A stretch of 64,000 bases of DNA from Candidatus Latescibacterota bacterium (GTDB lineage Bacteria; Latescibacterota; UBA2968; UBA8231). Made by a program: the position numbers and the translations under genes. This document shows positions 20,164-29,821 of this stretch, in pieces. The notes below the pieces were generated by a model. It worked only from the letters and a program-made list of their open reading frames with translations, searched no databases and had not been told where the DNA came from. The DNA is taken from the NCBI GenBank assembly GCA_965197905.1, contig CBDAOB010000002.1, forward strand, positions 128,001 through 192,000. The letters run 5' to 3'. Numbering within the stretch: position 1 is the first letter of the stretch; each line of letters starts with the position of its first letter.

Positions 20164-21206
20164 CTCCGCTGGAATACAACGAGGTGCTCGGTCGCAAGAT
20201 ACGCATGGACGACGTTGAGAGGTTGGGCGTTCCCACTCAGGATCTGGTGGAAGAGGCGTTGGCGGCAGGTCGCGCCGAGGAAGCGATCGAACTGGTGGAG
20301 TATTACCACCAGGAGATGCGCACCATGCACGACATCCTGCGAACTTGGATCACGGATCTGCTGCGCTATATCACCGATCGCAAAGGAGTGGAGAGTGGGG
20401 AAGCCGGGCCCCTCGCCTCTCAGCTTATGAAAACCTGGGACCAGTATTCGTTCGGTGTGCACCTGCGCGATTCCTGTCTGGAGGCGATCCGTGCCATTGA
20501 TGACGCCGTAGCCGTTGCTGATACGGAGTTGATCGATAGGGCGACTGACCTTCTGGACAGAATGCGCCTGGAGTTCAAGAATCCCCACGAGGTCCTGGTG
20601 GCGTGGATCCAGGACCTGCTTACCTACATGGCCACCGAGTTCGGCGAGGAGTCGGTGCTGGAGTCGATCCTGGAGACCCATCAAAGTATCTGGGGGGATC
20701 GCTACGAGAGTTGGGAGCAGCTGACGCCCCATGCCCGCCTTGCCCTTACGGTAGAGGGCATGCGTGGCGGACACTTCAGCGGTGATAGTCGCAAAGGAAA
20801 CATGACCCTGTCGGATCAGGGCGACCGTTACAAGATGATCATGGAGCTATGCGGCAGCGGTGGTGTCCTTCGCCGCGGCGACCCAGAAACGGGAAGACCA
20901 CCTCATCCCGTGGGGGAGCACGGCACCAATAAGAATCCGCATCTGTGGACCTGGAAAAAGACAGGGGTCCACTGGTACTGCACTCATTGCTGCATTGCCA
21001 AGGAGTGGCTACCCGGACAGCAGCGCGGCCGGCCCTTCCGGCCGCTGGATCACGTGCTCGATCCCCAAGCCCCGTGTACCTGGTACGTCTACAAGGACGA
21101 GGCCGACACGCGGGCGTATCACTACGATCGCACCGGCCTTGAGGTGCCTCAAGGCGCGCCGGATATGGGGGAAGGTAGCGAGCAGGAATATCCTGGGGGC
21201 AGTTGA
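20160..21206 (+). CDS. Hypothetical Cys/His-rich protein with an internal duplication
   Basis: ATG at 20160 overlaps the upstream stop (ATGA) after AAGGAGG; motifs CGSGG, YCTHCC and PCTW. Confidence 0.85.
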   Translation: MTPLEYNEVLGRKIRMDDVERLGVPTQDLVEEALAAGRAEEAIELVEYYHQEMRTMHDILRTWITDLLRYITDRKGVESGEAGPLASQLMKTWDQYSFGVHLRDSCLEAIRAIDDAVAVADTELIDRATDLLDRMRLEFKNPHEVLVAWIQDLLTYMATEFGEESVLESILETHQSIWGDRYESWEQLTPHARLALTVEGMRGGHFSGDSRKGNMTLSDQGDRYKMIMELCGSGGVLRRGDPETGRPPHPVGEHGTNKNPHLWTWKKTGVHWYCTHCCIAKEWLPGQQRGRPFRPLDHVLDPQAPCTWYVYKDEADTRAYHYDRTGLEVPQGAPDMGEGSEQEYPGGS

Positions 21207-21381
21207 GGAGCGGTACGAGATTCACCAACCTCGTCACCTGGGTTTGCCCCAGCGGAAGAACCGATGGTGGCAAAGCTGTCCTCAGCACACGGAAGCGTTC
21301 TCCTGAACGTGAGTCCCCCAGCAAGGTCCAGATCGATCTCTTCAGCCCCACCTGCTAAAGCGCGGCGTCTACGGACCTTTC

Positions 21382-21437
21382 TTGAATCGAACAGATCGTA
21401 ACGGTATATTTCGTTGCATACAAAATATATTATGCGA
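21382..21437 (+). promoter_or_regulatory. Sigma70-like promoter with a downstream imperfect palindrome
   Basis: TTGAAT-N17-TATATT (21382-21410), followed by TTGCATA-N10-TATGCGA. Confidence 0.55.
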
Positions 21438-21505
21438 TTGCACATTTAATCCCTGTCAGATTTGGTCCGATAGAGCGGGATCGAAAACGATTTCCGGAGG
21501 AAACC

Positions 21506-22423
21506 ATGCCGGCCTCATCAAAATCTCTCGTAGGCGCCTTGAAAGCGATTCCAGTGTTCAAGGAACTGTCGCCCTCTCAGGTAAAAAGCATGCTCAGGAT
21601 CTGCGAAAATCGGGAGATTGGTGCGGATCACATTCTATGTCAAAAAAACTCGCCGGCCGAAGAGATGTACATTCTGCTCGACGGCAGACTCGCGGTTACA
21701 AAGCCGGATGGGTCCCTTATCATAACTGTCTCACCCGTAAACACAGTTGGGGAGATGGGCCTCGTCACGCGGCAGCCAAGGTCTGTAAGAATCGAGACGA
21801 TCGAACCAAGCAAGATTCTGGTCATCACCAAGACCAACTTCGACAGACTGATGGATAAACAGCCTGACATGCTTCTGAGGATCTATCGAAATCTCATCGA
21901 GATTGTCTCAACGAGAATCCTCAAGGAGAATGTTCGCGTAGTCGATTTCCAAAAGCAGAAGAAGTCGATTGCCGAGTTGACTGCAAAGCTGGGAATCATG
22001 TTAGAGCTGTTGGAGAAGCGGGGCATGGACCGCGATGAAGCCGAGCAACAGGTAACAAGAAGATACGAGGAAACCGTTCCGAAGATATTGATTGTCGACG
22101 ACGAGCCGGTGGTTCGTCGAGCCTTCAAGCGAGTGTTGCATGCCTATCGAGTTTTGGAGGCCGAAAACGGAAAGGATGCGCTCAGAATCATCGAAAAGGA
22201 TCTTCCGGCTCTGGTCATCACCGACCTCAATATGCCCGAGATGGGTGGTGTAGAACTCCTGGAGAAACTGCGAAATGCGCACCCGGCCCTGCCCATTCTC
22301 GGGCTATCAGGCTACGTCGACAAAGAAGGGGCGGACCATCTGGGATTCGACGGATTCCTGGAAAAGCCGTTACAACTCGATGTAATGAACGCACTGATCG
22401 AGAAAAACATTCAGGAGAATTGA
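21506..22423 (+). CDS. cNMP-binding domain + receiver domain protein
   Basis: MYILLDG, VGEMGL and PRSV (cNMP domain); ILIVDDE, ITDLNMP, LSG and EKP (REC domain). Confidence 0.9.
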   Translation: MPASSKSLVGALKAIPVFKELSPSQVKSMLRICENREIGADHILCQKNSPAEEMYILLDGRLAVTKPDGSLIITVSPVNTVGEMGLVTRQPRSVRIETIEPSKILVITKTNFDRLMDKQPDMLLRIYRNLIEIVSTRILKENVRVVDFQKQKKSIAELTAKLGIMLELLEKRGMDRDEAEQQVTRRYEETVPKILIVDDEPVVRRAFKRVLHAYRVLEAENGKDALRIIEKDLPALVITDLNMPEMGGVELLEKLRNAHPALPILGLSGYVDKEGADHLGFDGFLEKPLQLDVMNALIEKNIQEN

Positions 22424-22564
22424 TCTAGCTGGGCGGCCACATTCGTCCCAGGCACTCTGATGTCGAGATCATCGTTGTAATGCACGCCGGTCTTCCCGCG
22501 CCATCTACTGGGCCATTATAGGTGATATTGTCTATTCTTTCGCACCGACGTGGGGAGAATAGAT

Positions 22565-23199
22565 ATGAGAATCGCTTTTATAGGAATCGGTAATGTGGGC
22601 TCGGCGTTGGCCGATAGGCTTGTCAGGGTGGGGCACGAAGTTCTGATTGCTACCAGGGATCCCGGCTCGGCGACCGTCAAGTCTGCGCTCGCGAAGAATC
22701 CCTCCTTTGAGGTAAGAGGCGTCCAGGAATCTGTCTCAGAGGTCCTACGATTTTTCTCGTCACGCCGTTTGACGCCAATGAGGCCGCTTTGAAGAACGCG
22801 GGTGATGTTACCGGTAAGACCATTGTTGACTGCACAAATCCGGTTGGTCCCGGTTTGACGCATGGCCTCGACAACCAGCAATCGGGCGGTGAGTTCGTGC
22901 AGAGACTTGTGCCGCGGGCAAACGTCGTTAAAGCATTCACCATCTACGGATACGAAAATTTCTCAGACTCCGAGTATCCAGGTTACGGAGATCTAAAGCC
23001 AGCCATGCTCATTGCGGGCAATGATCTGGGTTCAAAGAAGACGGTTTCTACTCTATGTGAGGATCTGGGCTGGACGTGCGTCGACACCGGTGACATCACC
23101 ATGAGTCTGCACTTGGAACACATGACGTTGCTGTGGATCAAAATGGCCAGAATTCAAGGTCGCGGTGCCGATTTCGTTTGGTCCATGTTGACCAGGTGA
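22565..23199 (+). pseudogene. NADPH-dependent F420-reductase-like NAD(P)-binding protein, frameshifted
   Basis: MRIAFIGIGNVG; frame change near 22740-22750 into IFLVTPF...IVDCTNP...VVKAF. Confidence 0.82.
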
Positions 23200-23209
23200 A
23201 GGGGGCCAC

Positions 23210-24928
23210 ATGAATGAGAGCAGGAAAGCGGTACGCTGGCACCAGCGGCGGATAATCTATAACAACGACGGTGACGACGTGAAAGAGGTGCAAAATCGCC
23301 ATGAAGTCCACTGGCAATTCATGGCGCGGAGTGGGGGCGAGCTGATCGATGATTTTCTCGAAGCGCGTACCACATCGCTCGTGGGCACCCAGGTTGACAG
23401 CATCTGTTATTCCACCTGCACCGCCGGCCTCCTGTTCACGCACAATACAAAACTAGGCGGGTATTGCGGCAAAGGGATTTCACAGGAGCTCATCGACACC
23501 TACGGGCGCGACAATCTCCAGATTCAGGTAGCTTACGCTCACGAAAACAACCTGGAGATCTTCTGGTCGTTGCGCATGAACGACACCCATGACTCCCATC
23601 CGGAAGACTACCGCAGCAACTACTACGGTGTGGCTCCCTTCAAAACGGAAAATCCGCACTATCTGTTGGGAGAGGCAGACGATTGGTACAAGCACCCCGA
23701 TGGACCGCGACACTCGTGGAGCTCCCTCGACTTCACCTATCCAGAGGTTCGGGAGCACGTCTTCTCGTTGATTGAGGAGGTGTGCCAGGGATACGAAGTC
23801 GACGGCGTCGAGTTGGACTTTCTACGACATCCCAGGTTTTTTCCGCCCACCATGGATGGGGATCCCGTGGAGCAGGAACACGTTGAGATGATGACCGACC
23901 TCGTGCGCCGCATACGGAAGATGGCCGATGAGGTGGAACGAGAACGCGGGCGTCCCCTATTGCTGGCAGCGCGCACGCCGTTCGCACTTACAGAGGCGCG
24001 ATTCGTTGGCCTGGATGTGGAACAGTGGCTCGCGGAAGACCTCATCGATGTGCTGATCGCGGGCGGGCTTTCCGAACGCATACTGACCGAGCCGCTACAG
24101 GAAGTCGTGGAACTGGGACACAGGTTCGAGGTACCGGTTTATCCCTGTGTCGGGTGGCCATTCTGGCACTACTGGTCTTATCTCGATCTGGGAGCGGATG
24201 AACACCGTACTTTTGATTCGTGGGTGAAAACCCTGTATGGCGGTCATCCCAACGACACCGACAAGCCGTGTTATATCGTGTCGTGGAATTCGTGGGAGGG
24301 ATCCACGGCCGCGTGGCGCGGTGCAGCAATGAACGCGTGGAACGCTGGCGCAGACGGGATCTATGTCTTTAACGGCTTTCACAGCACACCGTTCGACAGA
24401 TGGCGGGAGATCGGTGACCCCAAAACACTAGCCAACAAGGACAAGGTGTTCGGCGTGGACCGGTTTCCTGGCGAGTCCAACCGTTCAGAGGCCGGAGAGG
24501 TAGAACTGATCCGGGGAGAACCGGTCAGTGCACACTTTCAAATTGGTGAGGAGGTAACCGCGGGCAACGTTTCCTTTCGTCTTCACCTGTGGGACTCCTC
24601 AGCCGATGACGAGATCGAGGTCAAGCTCAACGGTGGCTCTCTGGACGGCCTCAAGGGGGAGGGCCTTTCCCAGGCATCGACGTCGGGGCAATGGTTGGAA
24701 TGCCGGCTGAATCCCGAACAGCTCAGAAGAGGGGACAATGAAGTTGAACTGATGTTGGGCAGGCGGGGTGCAGCGATGAGCACACCCCTGCTCGTGGATG
24801 CCGTGCAGGTGCACGTTCAATACGAGAGTCAGTCACGAGATTCTGACGACGGAAATGTCGAAAACGAGCCGAGTTCCATAACGTCGCCAGGATACCAGAA
24901 CAACATTATTGAAAATGGGAAAAATTAG
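23210..24928 (+). CDS. GHL10-type protein, copy 2
   Basis: Same motifs as copy 1; extra low-complexity tail after HVQY. Confidence 0.72.
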   Translation: MNESRKAVRWHQRRIIYNNDGDDVKEVQNRHEVHWQFMARSGGELIDDFLEARTTSLVGTQVDSICYSTCTAGLLFTHNTKLGGYCGKGISQELIDTYGRDNLQIQVAYAHENNLEIFWSLRMNDTHDSHPEDYRSNYYGVAPFKTENPHYLLGEADDWYKHPDGPRHSWSSLDFTYPEVREHVFSLIEEVCQGYEVDGVELDFLRHPRFFPPTMDGDPVEQEHVEMMTDLVRRIRKMADEVERERGRPLLLAARTPFALTEARFVGLDVEQWLAEDLIDVLIAGGLSERILTEPLQEVVELGHRFEVPVYPCVGWPFWHYWSYLDLGADEHRTFDSWVKTLYGGHPNDTDKPCYIVSWNSWEGSTAAWRGAAMNAWNAGADGIYVFNGFHSTPFDRWREIGDPKTLANKDKVFGVDRFPGESNRSEAGEVELIRGEPVSAHFQIGEEVTAGNVSFRLHLWDSSADDEIEVKLNGGSLDGLKGEGLSQASTSGQWLECRLNPEQLRRGDNEVELMLGRRGAAMSTPLLVDAVQVHVQYESQSRDSDDGNVENEPSSITSPGYQNNIIENGKN

Positions 24929-25388
24929 AGAGACTGCATTTACGCCCAAGGCGATAAAAGCCATCACCGACAAAGTTCCCGCATTCCGTGGACTAACAAT
25001 GGGCCAGATTCACAAGATGCTCAAGGCGGGCGAGGTGATCACCAGGCAACCGGGAGACGTGCTCTGTCGAGAGGAAGACAAGTCAACGGAGATGTTCATT
25101 CTTCTCACGGGCGAGCTTGCCATAACCCGCAGTAGCGTTGAACTGACAGTGGTCAAGTCATCGGATATAGTGGGCGAGATGAGCTTGATTACCGGATTGC
25201 CAAGGTCTGCAACTATTGAAGTGACTGAGGACGCCACAATGTTCATGATACGCAGGGAAGAGTTTTCTACCTTGCTGAAGGAAATCCTCGATTTGGCGGT
25301 GAAGATATACCAGAACATGCTAGAATCTCTTTGTAGTAAGCTTCTTGAGCTGGATGAGAAATTCGTCGACGGCTTGCTGGGCCCGTAG
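24915..25388 (+). CDS. Stand-alone cNMP-binding domain protein
   Basis: MFILLTG, VGEMSL and PRSAT motifs; no HTH; homologous to the N-terminal domain of 21506-22423. Confidence 0.88.
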   Translation: MGKIRETAFTPKAIKAITDKVPAFRGLTMGQIHKMLKAGEVITRQPGDVLCREEDKSTEMFILLTGELAITRSSVELTVVKSSDIVGEMSLITGLPRSATIEVTEDATMFMIRREEFSTLLKEILDLAVKIYQNMLESLCSKLLELDEKFVDGLLGP

Positions 25389-25432
25389 GGGTCGGTGCCC
25401 CCGCACTGACATGCCCTTGGGAGAAAAGCCAA

Positions 25433-27058
25433 ATGAATGAGAACAGGAAAGCAGCGCGCTGGCGCCGCCGGCGGATTATCTACAACAACGACGGTGACGA
25501 CGTGGTGGAGGTGAAGAATCGCCACGACGCGCACTGGCAGGTCACGAGGCGGAGTGGTGGCGAGCTGATCGACGATTTCCTCGAAGCGCGCACGACGTCG
25601 CTACTGGACACTCAGGTTGACAGCATCTGGATTCTACCTGTGCTGGCGGCATCGGGTTCGCGCACCAAACGAAACTAGGTGGGTTTTGCGAAAAGGGGAT
25701 TTCACAGGAGCTCATTGACACCTACGGTCGCGACCATCTGCAGATTCAGGTAGAGTTCTGCCACAAGAATAAGTTGGAAGTCTTCTGGTCATTGCGCATG
25801 AACGACACCCATGACGCCCACCCAAGATTTCCGCACCAGGTACTATGGTCTCGCTCCCATCAAGCGGGACCATCCTGAGAATCTGTTGGGACGGCAAGGC
25901 GATTGGGAGAAGTATCCTGACGGACCACGCCGACAGTGGACTTCTCTAGACTTCAGCGTTCCGGAGGTTCGGGAGCACATATTCTCGCTGGTTGAGGAGG
26001 TATGTCAGGGATATGACGTGGACGGCGTCGAGCTGGACTTCCTTCGGGATCCCAAATTTTTCGCGCCTACTGCAGATGGGAAACCGGCAGAGCCGCAACA
26101 TCTGGAGATGATGACCGACCTGGTGCGGCGGATAAAGGACATGACCGCAGAGGTGGAACGAGAACGCGGACGTCCCTTACTGTTGGCGGCGCGCACCCCT
26201 CATGCAGTTGCCGACGCCCGCTTCGTTGGCCTGGACCTGGAGCAGTGGCTCGCAGAGGACCTCATCGACGTGCTGATCCCCGCTGGGCCCCACGAGTGCA
26301 TTTCAGAGTCGCTGCGGGAGGTCGTGGCGCTAGGTCATAAGTTCGAGGTGCCGGTGTATCCATGCATCGCCTGGCCATTCTGGCATTACTGGGCCTTTCT
26401 AGATTTGGGATCGGGCGAACACCGGACCTGGGGTTCGTGGGTGAAAACCCTCTACGGAGGTCACCCGAACGACATGGACAAGCAGTGTTATATCGTCGCT
26501 TTGAATTCGTGGGAAGGATCTGCGGTCGCGTGGCGTGGTGCCGCGACGAATGCGTGGAAAGCTGGTGCAGACGGGATCTATGTCTTCAACGCCTTTCACA
26601 GCACACCATTCGAAAGATGGCGAGAGATCGGTGATTCCCAAACGCTGGCCAACCTGGACAAGATGTTCGGCGCAATTCGGTTCTCTGGCGAGTCTAATAT
26701 TTCAGAGACAGGAGAGCACCAACTGAAAAAAGGAGAGCCCGTCCGCGCGCACTTTCAGATTGGCGACGATGTGACCTCGGGAAACGTTTCCGAGTTGCGC
26801 TTTCGTCTTCACCTGTGGGACCTTGCAAACGATGACGACATAGACGTGAAACTCAACGGTGGCTCCCTCGACGATCTAAAGCGGGAAGGCTCTCCTCGGG
26901 CATTGACGTCGGGGCAATGGTTGGAATGCCAGCTAAATCCTGAACAGGTCAAGAAAGGGGAGAACGAGGTTGAGCTGACGGTGCGCCAGCGGGACGCAGC
27001 GATGAGCACGCCCCTAGTCGTGGACGCCGTGCAACTGCACGTTCAGTACGGAGGTTAG
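25433..27058 (+). pseudogene. GHL10-type protein, copy 3, with two frameshifts
   Basis: Compared with copy 2, 1 nt is missing at ~25630 and 2 nt at ~25824; the starting frame hits TAG at 25676-25678. Confidence 0.85.
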
Positions 27059-27195
27059 TCAGGATACTCCTGGCCCGGATGCGAAGGCTGGAGTTCCATG
27101 CCGCCATCGACGCAAATCACCTGGCCGGTAACAAAGTCCGACAGGTCGGTGGCGAGAAATTCGACCATCTTGGCGCAGTCCTCTCCCGGACCCGC
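27055..27195 (-). pseudogene. SDR oxidoreductase C-terminal remnant
   Basis: EDCAKMVEFLATDLSDFVTGQVICVDGG with no recognisable body upstream. Confidence 0.8.
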
Positions 27196-27218
27196 CGCCG
27201 CCGCGTCAGCCACATGAT

Positions 27219-28343
27219 TCACGACGAGAGCTGTCGAATACACTCGCACAGCAAGGGAATGCCGTCACGAATCTGCTGCAGCGACGGCAAGCCGAACGCC
27301 AGTCGAAGACTGGGGACGTCTGCGTTGCGCACGTGGAAGCTGGAACCGGGGGCGTAGCGCAGATTGCGAGCCGCCGCCATTTCAGCGAGCCGTCGTCGGT
27401 CCACATCGTCCGGAAACGTCAACCAGATAAACAGCCCACCTTGGGGGTGCGACCAGGTGCAGGTGTCGCCCACACCGCGCTCGAGCTCCGCGAACACGGC
27501 GTCACGTTTCTCCTTCAACGCCGCGTTGGTGTGCGCGCAGTGTTCCCACAGGTTATCGCGGAGGAACTGGGCCAGGATGGACGCCGCCAGCACACTGTTG
27601 CCGCCGTCGTAGCGCCGGTCAAGAATCCGCGACAAAAGCGGCGCTCGCGCCAGGAAGTAACCCGTCCGCACGCCGGGCCCTAGGATTTTCGACAGCGAGC
27701 AGATGTATACCTGGTTCGGACTGTCGTCCAGCGCGTAGAGCGCCGGCTCCTTGTCGCCCTCGTAATGCACGTCGCCGTAACAGTTATCTTCGACGACGAT
27801 GCAGTCGAACTGGCGCGCCACGTCGATCAGCTCGAGCCGCCGTTCCCGCGGCATGACGGATCCGGTCGGATTCTGGTAGGTAGCCAGGGTGTAGATGAAG
27901 CGCGGCGGGGTGCCCTGGTCGTGCAGTCTTTGGAGCGTCGTCCGCAGTTGGTCGATGCGCATACCGTGCTGGTCCAGCGCCACGCCGACCAATTCGATGC
28001 CCAGCCGGCGATAGGCTCCGATCGTGCCACTGTAGGTCAGCTCTTCGGTGACGACGACGTCGTCCTTGCCTTTCATCAAGGCTTCCGCGATCAACGTCAC
28101 CGCCTGCATGGAGCCGTTGGTCAGCGCAATGTGCTCCGGGGATACGTCGATCCCTTCACGGTCCGATTCGCGCTCGGCCATGACTTCGCGCAGCCCGTGG
28201 TGCCCGAGATCGCCGGGGTAGCGCACGAACGCCTGACCGACATCGGGGATGGCAGTCGCCGCGGCTTTCGCCAACGCCTCCACCGGAAAGGTCTCGGGAT
28301 TGGTGCAGCCACTGGCGAATTCGAACTCGCTCACTGTCATCAC
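27219..28343 (-). CDS. PLP-dependent aminotransferase class I/II (LysN/ARO8-like)
   Basis: TNGSMQA, YQNPTG, EDNCY, SLSKILGPGVRTG and GGLFIW motifs; start at 28343 (GTG) or 28340 (ATG). Confidence 0.92.
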   Translation of the reverse strand: MMTVSEFEFASGCTNPETFPVEALAKAAATAIPDVGQAFVRYPGDLGHHGLREVMAERESDREGIDVSPEHIALTNGSMQAVTLIAEALMKGKDDVVVTEELTYSGTIGAYRRLGIELVGVALDQHGMRIDQLRTTLQRLHDQGTPPRFIYTLATYQNPTGSVMPRERRLELIDVARQFDCIVVEDNCYGDVHYEGDKEPALYALDDSPNQVYICSLSKILGPGVRTGYFLARAPLLSRILDRRYDGGNSVLAASILAQFLRDNLWEHCAHTNAALKEKRDAVFAELERGVGDTCTWSHPQGGLFIWLTFPDDVDRRRLAEMAAARNLRYAPGSSFHVRNADVPSLRLAFGLPSLQQIRDGIPLLCECIRQLSS

Positions 28344-28463
28344 CTCCTGGTTGTCTCGAAAGAAAGGCTAACACCATGGTACCCGCCCGGCAACTCTGGC
28401 CATTGACGTCTGTGCCGTTGAGTTGTTTGATTCGAATACCGGATTCAAAGGTCAGGAGTAAAC

Positions 28464-29603
28464 ATGAAAATAACAGATGTTGAGATCCTGCCGATCGATC
28501 AGTATATGTTCCTGCGCATACACACGGATGCCGGTCTCACGGGGTTGGGCGAGTCCGGGGCGTGGGGTTATCTCGAGGCGTCTGCCGCCGTGATGGAGAG
28601 TTACAAGGCCTATCTGATCGGGAAAGATCCCCTTTTGATCGAGCACCATTGGCAAAACCTCTACCGGTGCACACACTTCCGTGGTGCCGCAATCATGGGG
28701 GCTATCAGTGCGATCGACATCGCTCTGTGGGATATTGCAGGCAAGCACTTCGATGTGCCCGTGTATCAGCTGCTGGGCGGGAAGGTGCGCGACAAGGCGC
28801 GCGTCTATTGCCACGTCATGGCCAACACGAAGGAGAAGCTGATTCAGGGATGCATCGACGCGAAGGCACAGGGTTTTACGGCCGTCGGGCATCTGACGCC
28901 GTTTCTGGATGAGTTAGCTGATGAGCCTTATTACATGTCGCATTCCGACAAGATAAAGGACGCGACCGATACGGTGGCCGCTTATCGCGATGCCGTCGGG
29001 GATGAGGTCGACCTTTGTATCGAGATCCACCGACGCATGCAACCGGCAGAAGCGATCGTCCTCGGCCGCGCGATCGAGCCGTATCGTCCGTTTTTCTTCG
29101 AGGACCCGATTCGTCCCGACAACTTCGACGCGATGGCGGAAGTCGCGCAGAAGATCAATATACCCATCGCGACCGGCGAGCGACTGCACACCATATACGA
29201 GTTTCAGATGCTGCTGACGCGGAACGCCGTCCAGTATGTCAGGCCGGATGTGTGCATGTGCGGTGGAATCACGCATAGCAAGAAGATCGCAGCGCTTGCC
29301 GAGGCGCATCACGTCGGCGTCGTACCACACAACCCGTTGAGTCCTGTCAGCACGGCCGCGTGCATTCAGATCGCGGCGAGCGTCCCGAACTTTGCGCTCC
29401 AGGAATATCCGATCGGCGAAGGGGTACCGCCGAAATCGGAAATCGTGAAAGGGGTGCTGCAGTGCAAGGATGGGTTTATTACGATTCCGGATCGACCCGG
29501 TATCGGCGTCGAGCTAACCGATGATGCAGCCGAGAAGTACCCGTTCAAGGGACGCCCTCAGAACACCCGCCTTCATGTAGACGGCTCGGTCGTAGATCAA
29601 TAA
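28464..29603 (+). CDS. dgoD: Galactonate dehydratase-like enolase-superfamily enzyme
   Basis: GLTGLGES, SAIDIALWDIAGK, IEIH, FFEDP, ATGERL, RPD, PHNP and DGSVVDQ motifs; substrate uncertain. Confidence 0.75.
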   Translation: MKITDVEILPIDQYMFLRIHTDAGLTGLGESGAWGYLEASAAVMESYKAYLIGKDPLLIEHHWQNLYRCTHFRGAAIMGAISAIDIALWDIAGKHFDVPVYQLLGGKVRDKARVYCHVMANTKEKLIQGCIDAKAQGFTAVGHLTPFLDELADEPYYMSHSDKIKDATDTVAAYRDAVGDEVDLCIEIHRRMQPAEAIVLGRAIEPYRPFFFEDPIRPDNFDAMAEVAQKINIPIATGERLHTIYEFQMLLTRNAVQYVRPDVCMCGGITHSKKIAALAEAHHVGVVPHNPLSPVSTAACIQIAASVPNFALQEYPIGEGVPPKSEIVKGVLQCKDGFITIPDRPGIGVELTDDAAEKYPFKGRPQNTRLHVDGSVVDQ

Positions 29604-29671
29604 CCCACCCGAGGCCAAGTTGAGGGCGCCGTTGCGCTGAACTCAGTCAACACCGACGAGTTGATGTCGAT

Positions 29672-29821
29672 TCAGAGCTCGAAGGCTTCCGGAGCTTGCT
29701 CGATGCGAAAGCGGTGTGTGACGATATCGTCCAGCAGGTCCCTGACTGACTTCAAAACGCGAGGATCGGGGAATTCACGGACCTCGACTTCGCTGTCGCC
29801 CAGGTATACGACGCCTCTCAT
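29672..29821 (-). pseudogene. Zn-dependent dehydrogenase collapsed by a large internal deletion
   Basis: MRGVVYLGDSEVEVREFPDP (N-terminus) joined to LDDIVTHRFRIEQAPEAFEL (near C-terminus); ATGA overlap with the SDR stop. Confidence 0.82.
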
